Shown one piece after another: positions 61,421-64,000 of a stretch of 64,000 nt of DNA. Each line of letters starts with the position of its first letter. Position 1 is the stretch's first letter. The DNA comes from Schizochytrium sp. TIO01 (Eukaryota > Protista > Bigyra: Labyrinthulomycetes): positions 2,728,001 to 2,792,000 of the forward strand of contig SMSO01000033.1 in NCBI GenBank assembly GCA_004764695.1, given 5' to 3'. The translations under genes were made by a program, and so were the position numbers. The notes under the pieces were generated by a model. That model saw only the letters and a list, made by a program, of their open reading frames with translations. It was not told the origin of the DNA and ran no database searches.

Positions 61421-64000
61421 ATGGCGCGCAAGAAGAAGGCCGTTAATGATAAGTACTACCAGCTCGCGAAGGAGCAGGGATACAGAGCTCGTTCGAGTTT
61501 TAAGATCATCCAGTTGAACCGCAAGTATGATCTGCTCAAGAACGCAACCCGTGTGATTGATCTCTGTGCCGCTCCTGGAGGTTGGCTTCAGGTTCTGGCC
61601 AAGAGTATTCCGCAGAGCCCCGAGCGTCAGATTGTTGGTGTTGATTTGTTGCCCATCAAGCCCATTCGAGGATGTACTGTTTTCCAGGAGGATATTACCT
61701 CTGATACATGCCGTCAGAAGATTCGTAAGGAGATGCGTGGCAACAAGGCTGATGTTGTGCTTTGTGACGGTGCCCCCAACGTTGGTGCCGAATACAGCAA
61801 GGATGCCTTCGTGCAGAACGAGCTTGCCGTATACGCTCTCAAATTTGCTTGTGAACACCTCAAGCGTGGAGGTTCCTTCGTGACCAAGGTTTTCCGCTCC
61901 AACGATTACACAGCGCTTCTTTGGGCGTTCCAGCAGCTCTTCAAGAAGGTCGAGGCCACCAAGCCGCCCTCCTCCCGTAACGTCTCTGCAGAAATTTTCG
62001 TTGTCTGTCGTGAGTACCTCGCGCCGCATAAAATTGACCCCCGTCTTTTGGACCCTCGTCACGTGCTCTCGAGTGTTGAACAGGAGCAGGAGCTCACTGA
62101 GCAGCAGGCGATCAACAAGCTGTTTCACAAGCACGACAAGCAGCGCCGCTCCAGAGGAGGATACAGCGAGGATTCCGGAGCTCTGGTTTTCAAGTCTGCG
62201 AGTGCGCGGGACTTTATCGAGACGTCTGAGCCCGTGCAACATTTGGCTGTCATGTCTGAGATTAACTTCAAGGACGAGGCCTCCAAGCCACTGCTCGAAC
62301 TTTCTATCACGACCCCCGAGATTATTGAGTACCTCGCAGATCTCAAAGTCCTCGGCAAGGCGGAGCTTCGTGCTCTTCTGCAGTGGCGAACCAAGGTCCG
62401 AGACATTCTCAAGGAGCAGGGCAACGGGGACGATGATGTGGACATGGAAGCGGATGATTCCGAGGAGGAAGATGGCGAGGAGGAATCTGAAGGCGAAGAG
62501 CAGGAAGACAGTGATGCTGATGACGAAGACATGGACGATATGGAGAACCTGACCGAGGAGCTCAAGAAGATCAAGGAGGCCGAGCACCAGAAACGCAAGC
62601 GCGAGATCAAGAAGCTTCGCAAACAGCGCGCCAAGCTTCAGCGCCGTATTGACCTTGGCCTCGAAAACGAATTTGCGCACGACCTGTCAGAGCAGCAGGG
62701 ACCCTTTAGTCTTTCCAAGATTGGCCTCAAGTCTATGCAGGAGCTGAGTGCCATTCAATCTGGCGAGGTTCCAGAGGGAGAGTCCAGTTCTGAGGAAGGC
62801 GAAGAAGAGTCTGATATTAGCGAAGACTCCGAATCTGATGATGAAGAGGACTCCAACGCCGCCCTCAAGTACGAACGCAAGCGTCTCCGCGAGCTCGAGC
62901 GCGAGGCCGAAGCGCTGTACAAAATGGGTCGTGTTAAGGAGCAGAACAACGACCCTCTCACAGTACGTGAACGTCGTCAGCAACTCAACGCTGAGAAGAA
63001 GGCCAAGGCCAAGAAGCGGACCCTCGAGGCGCTCGCAGACCAGGATTTTCAGCGCGCTCTTGAAGAGGAGCAGGCAAAGGCCGTCAAAGACGGAAAGTAT
63101 TCTGCCATGCTTGACCAGGACAGTAGCGAGGATGACGAAGACGAAGAAGAGGAGGAATCCGAAGAAGAGGAGTCTGAGGAGGAGGACAACGCCACGGCAC
63201 AGGCCAAGAACCCTCTTATCAAGACCATTGAGTCCAAGCCCTCCGAGTCAATGCGCGCTAAGGCATGGTTCAACCAGGAGCTCTTCGATGGCGAGCTTGA
63301 CGGCATGAGCGACGATGATGAGGACGAAGAGGAGGCAAGCGAGGGTGACGATGAGAGCTCCGAAGACGAAGACGGAGACATGCCTCTGCCGTCAGACAGA
63401 ACCGACAAGGCGCGGCGCAAGGAGAAGCGACGCAAACTCAAGTTGCGAAACGAGCGCAAGGCCGAGAAGCGGCGGCTAGCAGCCGCACGAGAGGCGGACG
63501 GTGCTTTGAACGAGGAGATGCTGCTCCAGGCCATGCCTGGCGGCTTCAAGGAAGTCAAGGCGGACGGCGGTAAGAACAAGAAGCGCCGCCGTGGCGACGA
63601 GGCTGAGGACGAGGACATTGCAGGTGTCCTAAACCGCGACGTGTCTCGCGAGTCTGACGAGGAGGAAGACGATGATGCGACCCGCGAGAAAAAAGCAGCA
63701 GCGCGAAAGGCACGCAAGCTGATTCAAAAGGGTATGGGACGACTTGGTGATGTCAAGGAATCGGACGGCTTCGAGGTAGTTGCGGCAGAGAACAACGAAG
63801 ACGACAGCGGATCCGATATTGAGGACCACGAAGACGCCTACAACAGTGAGGACTACGACACAGATGAACGGGCTCAGCATATTGCCCTGGCGGCAATGTT
63901 GACCTCCAAGTCGAAGAGACGTAAGGTGCTCGACTCTGCTTACAACCGCTACGCCTTCAACGATGATGACGGTAGCTTGCCTCAATGGTTTATCGAGGAC
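61421..64000 (+). CDS. SPB1: Pre-rRNA 2'-O-ribose methyltransferase SPB1/FTSJ3 (3' partial)
   Basis: MARKKKAVNDKYYQLAKEQGYRARSSFKIIQLN, IDLCAAPGGWLQV, CDGAPNVG, FVTKVFRS, KPPSSRNVSAEIF, YNRYAFND; absent from the ORF track because no stop lies in the window. Confidence 0.97.
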   Translation, partial: MARKKKAVNDKYYQLAKEQGYRARSSFKIIQLNRKYDLLKNATRVIDLCAAPGGWLQVLAKSIPQSPERQIVGVDLLPIKPIRGCTVFQEDITSDTCRQKIRKEMRGNKADVVLCDGAPNVGAEYSKDAFVQNELAVYALKFACEHLKRGGSFVTKVFRSNDYTALLWAFQQLFKKVEATKPPSSRNVSAEIFVVCREYLAPHKIDPRLLDPRHVLSSVEQEQELTEQQAINKLFHKHDKQRRSRGGYSEDSGALVFKSASARDFIETSEPVQHLAVMSEINFKDEASKPLLELSITTPEIIEYLADLKVLGKAELRALLQWRTKVRDILKEQGNGDDDVDMEADDSEEEDGEEESEGEEQEDSDADDEDMDDMENLTEELKKIKEAEHQKRKREIKKLRKQRAKLQRRIDLGLENEFAHDLSEQQGPFSLSKIGLKSMQELSAIQSGEVPEGESSSEEGEEESDISEDSESDDEEDSNAALKYERKRLRELEREAEALYKMGRVKEQNNDPLTVRERRQQLNAEKKAKAKKRTLEALADQDFQRALEEEQAKAVKDGKYSAMLDQDSSEDDEDEEEEESEEEESEEEDNATAQAKNPLIKTIESKPSESMRAKAWFNQELFDGELDGMSDDDEDEEEASEGDDESSEDEDGDMPLPSDRTDKARRKEKRRKLKLRNERKAEKRRLAAAREADGALNEEMLLQAMPGGFKEVKADGGKNKKRRRGDEAEDEDIAGVLNRDVSRESDEEEDDDATREKKAAARKARKLIQKGMGRLGDVKESDGFEVVAAENNEDDSGSDIEDHEDAYNSEDYDTDERAQHIALAAMLTSKSKRRKVLDSAYNRYAFNDDDGSLPQWFIED

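Noticed and set aside
61325-62680. 451-aa - strand ORF
   Set aside because: Antisense shadow of SPB1
55566-64000. Three consecutive SAM-dependent methyltransferase genes as a functional cluster
   Set aside because: Unrelated families, substrates and compartments, separated by element relics; most likely coincidence

Overview
Eukaryotic nuclear DNA, inferred to be stramenopile and probably a thraustochytrid/labyrinthulomycete (mostly intronless genes, GT-AG introns, abundant tetranucleotide microsatellites). Eleven protein genes are supported: an acidic membrane-anchored repeat protein, a mitochondrial carrier, a telobox (TRF-like) Myb protein, phosphoserine phosphatase (2 exons), an Sfi1-like Trp-repeat protein, QCR6, EPG5, a 12-exon LRR-Roc-COR-TIR gene, an NPPY N6-adenine methyltransferase-like protein, a FAM173-type lysine methyltransferase and SPB1/FTSJ3 (runs off the window end). 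Two things stand out. (1) Manual translation through frameshifts suggests that nearly all intergenic DNA, including the 20-kb gap at 6.5-27 kb, consists of decayed CRE/SLACS-type (RT + Zn knuckle + restriction-like endonuclease) non-LTR retrotransposon ORFs. About 13 relics were seen, all on the + strand, several head-to-tail and dilated by microsatellites; the longest array ends beside telomere-like CCTAA repeats and a telobox gene. (2) The Roco-TIR gene encodes each LRR on its own 84/87-nt phase-2 exon cassette, fused to a Roc-COR GTPase and a TIR domain that keeps a candidate catalytic Glu, making it a candidate diversifiable immune receptor. All family assignments were made by eye; no searches were run.
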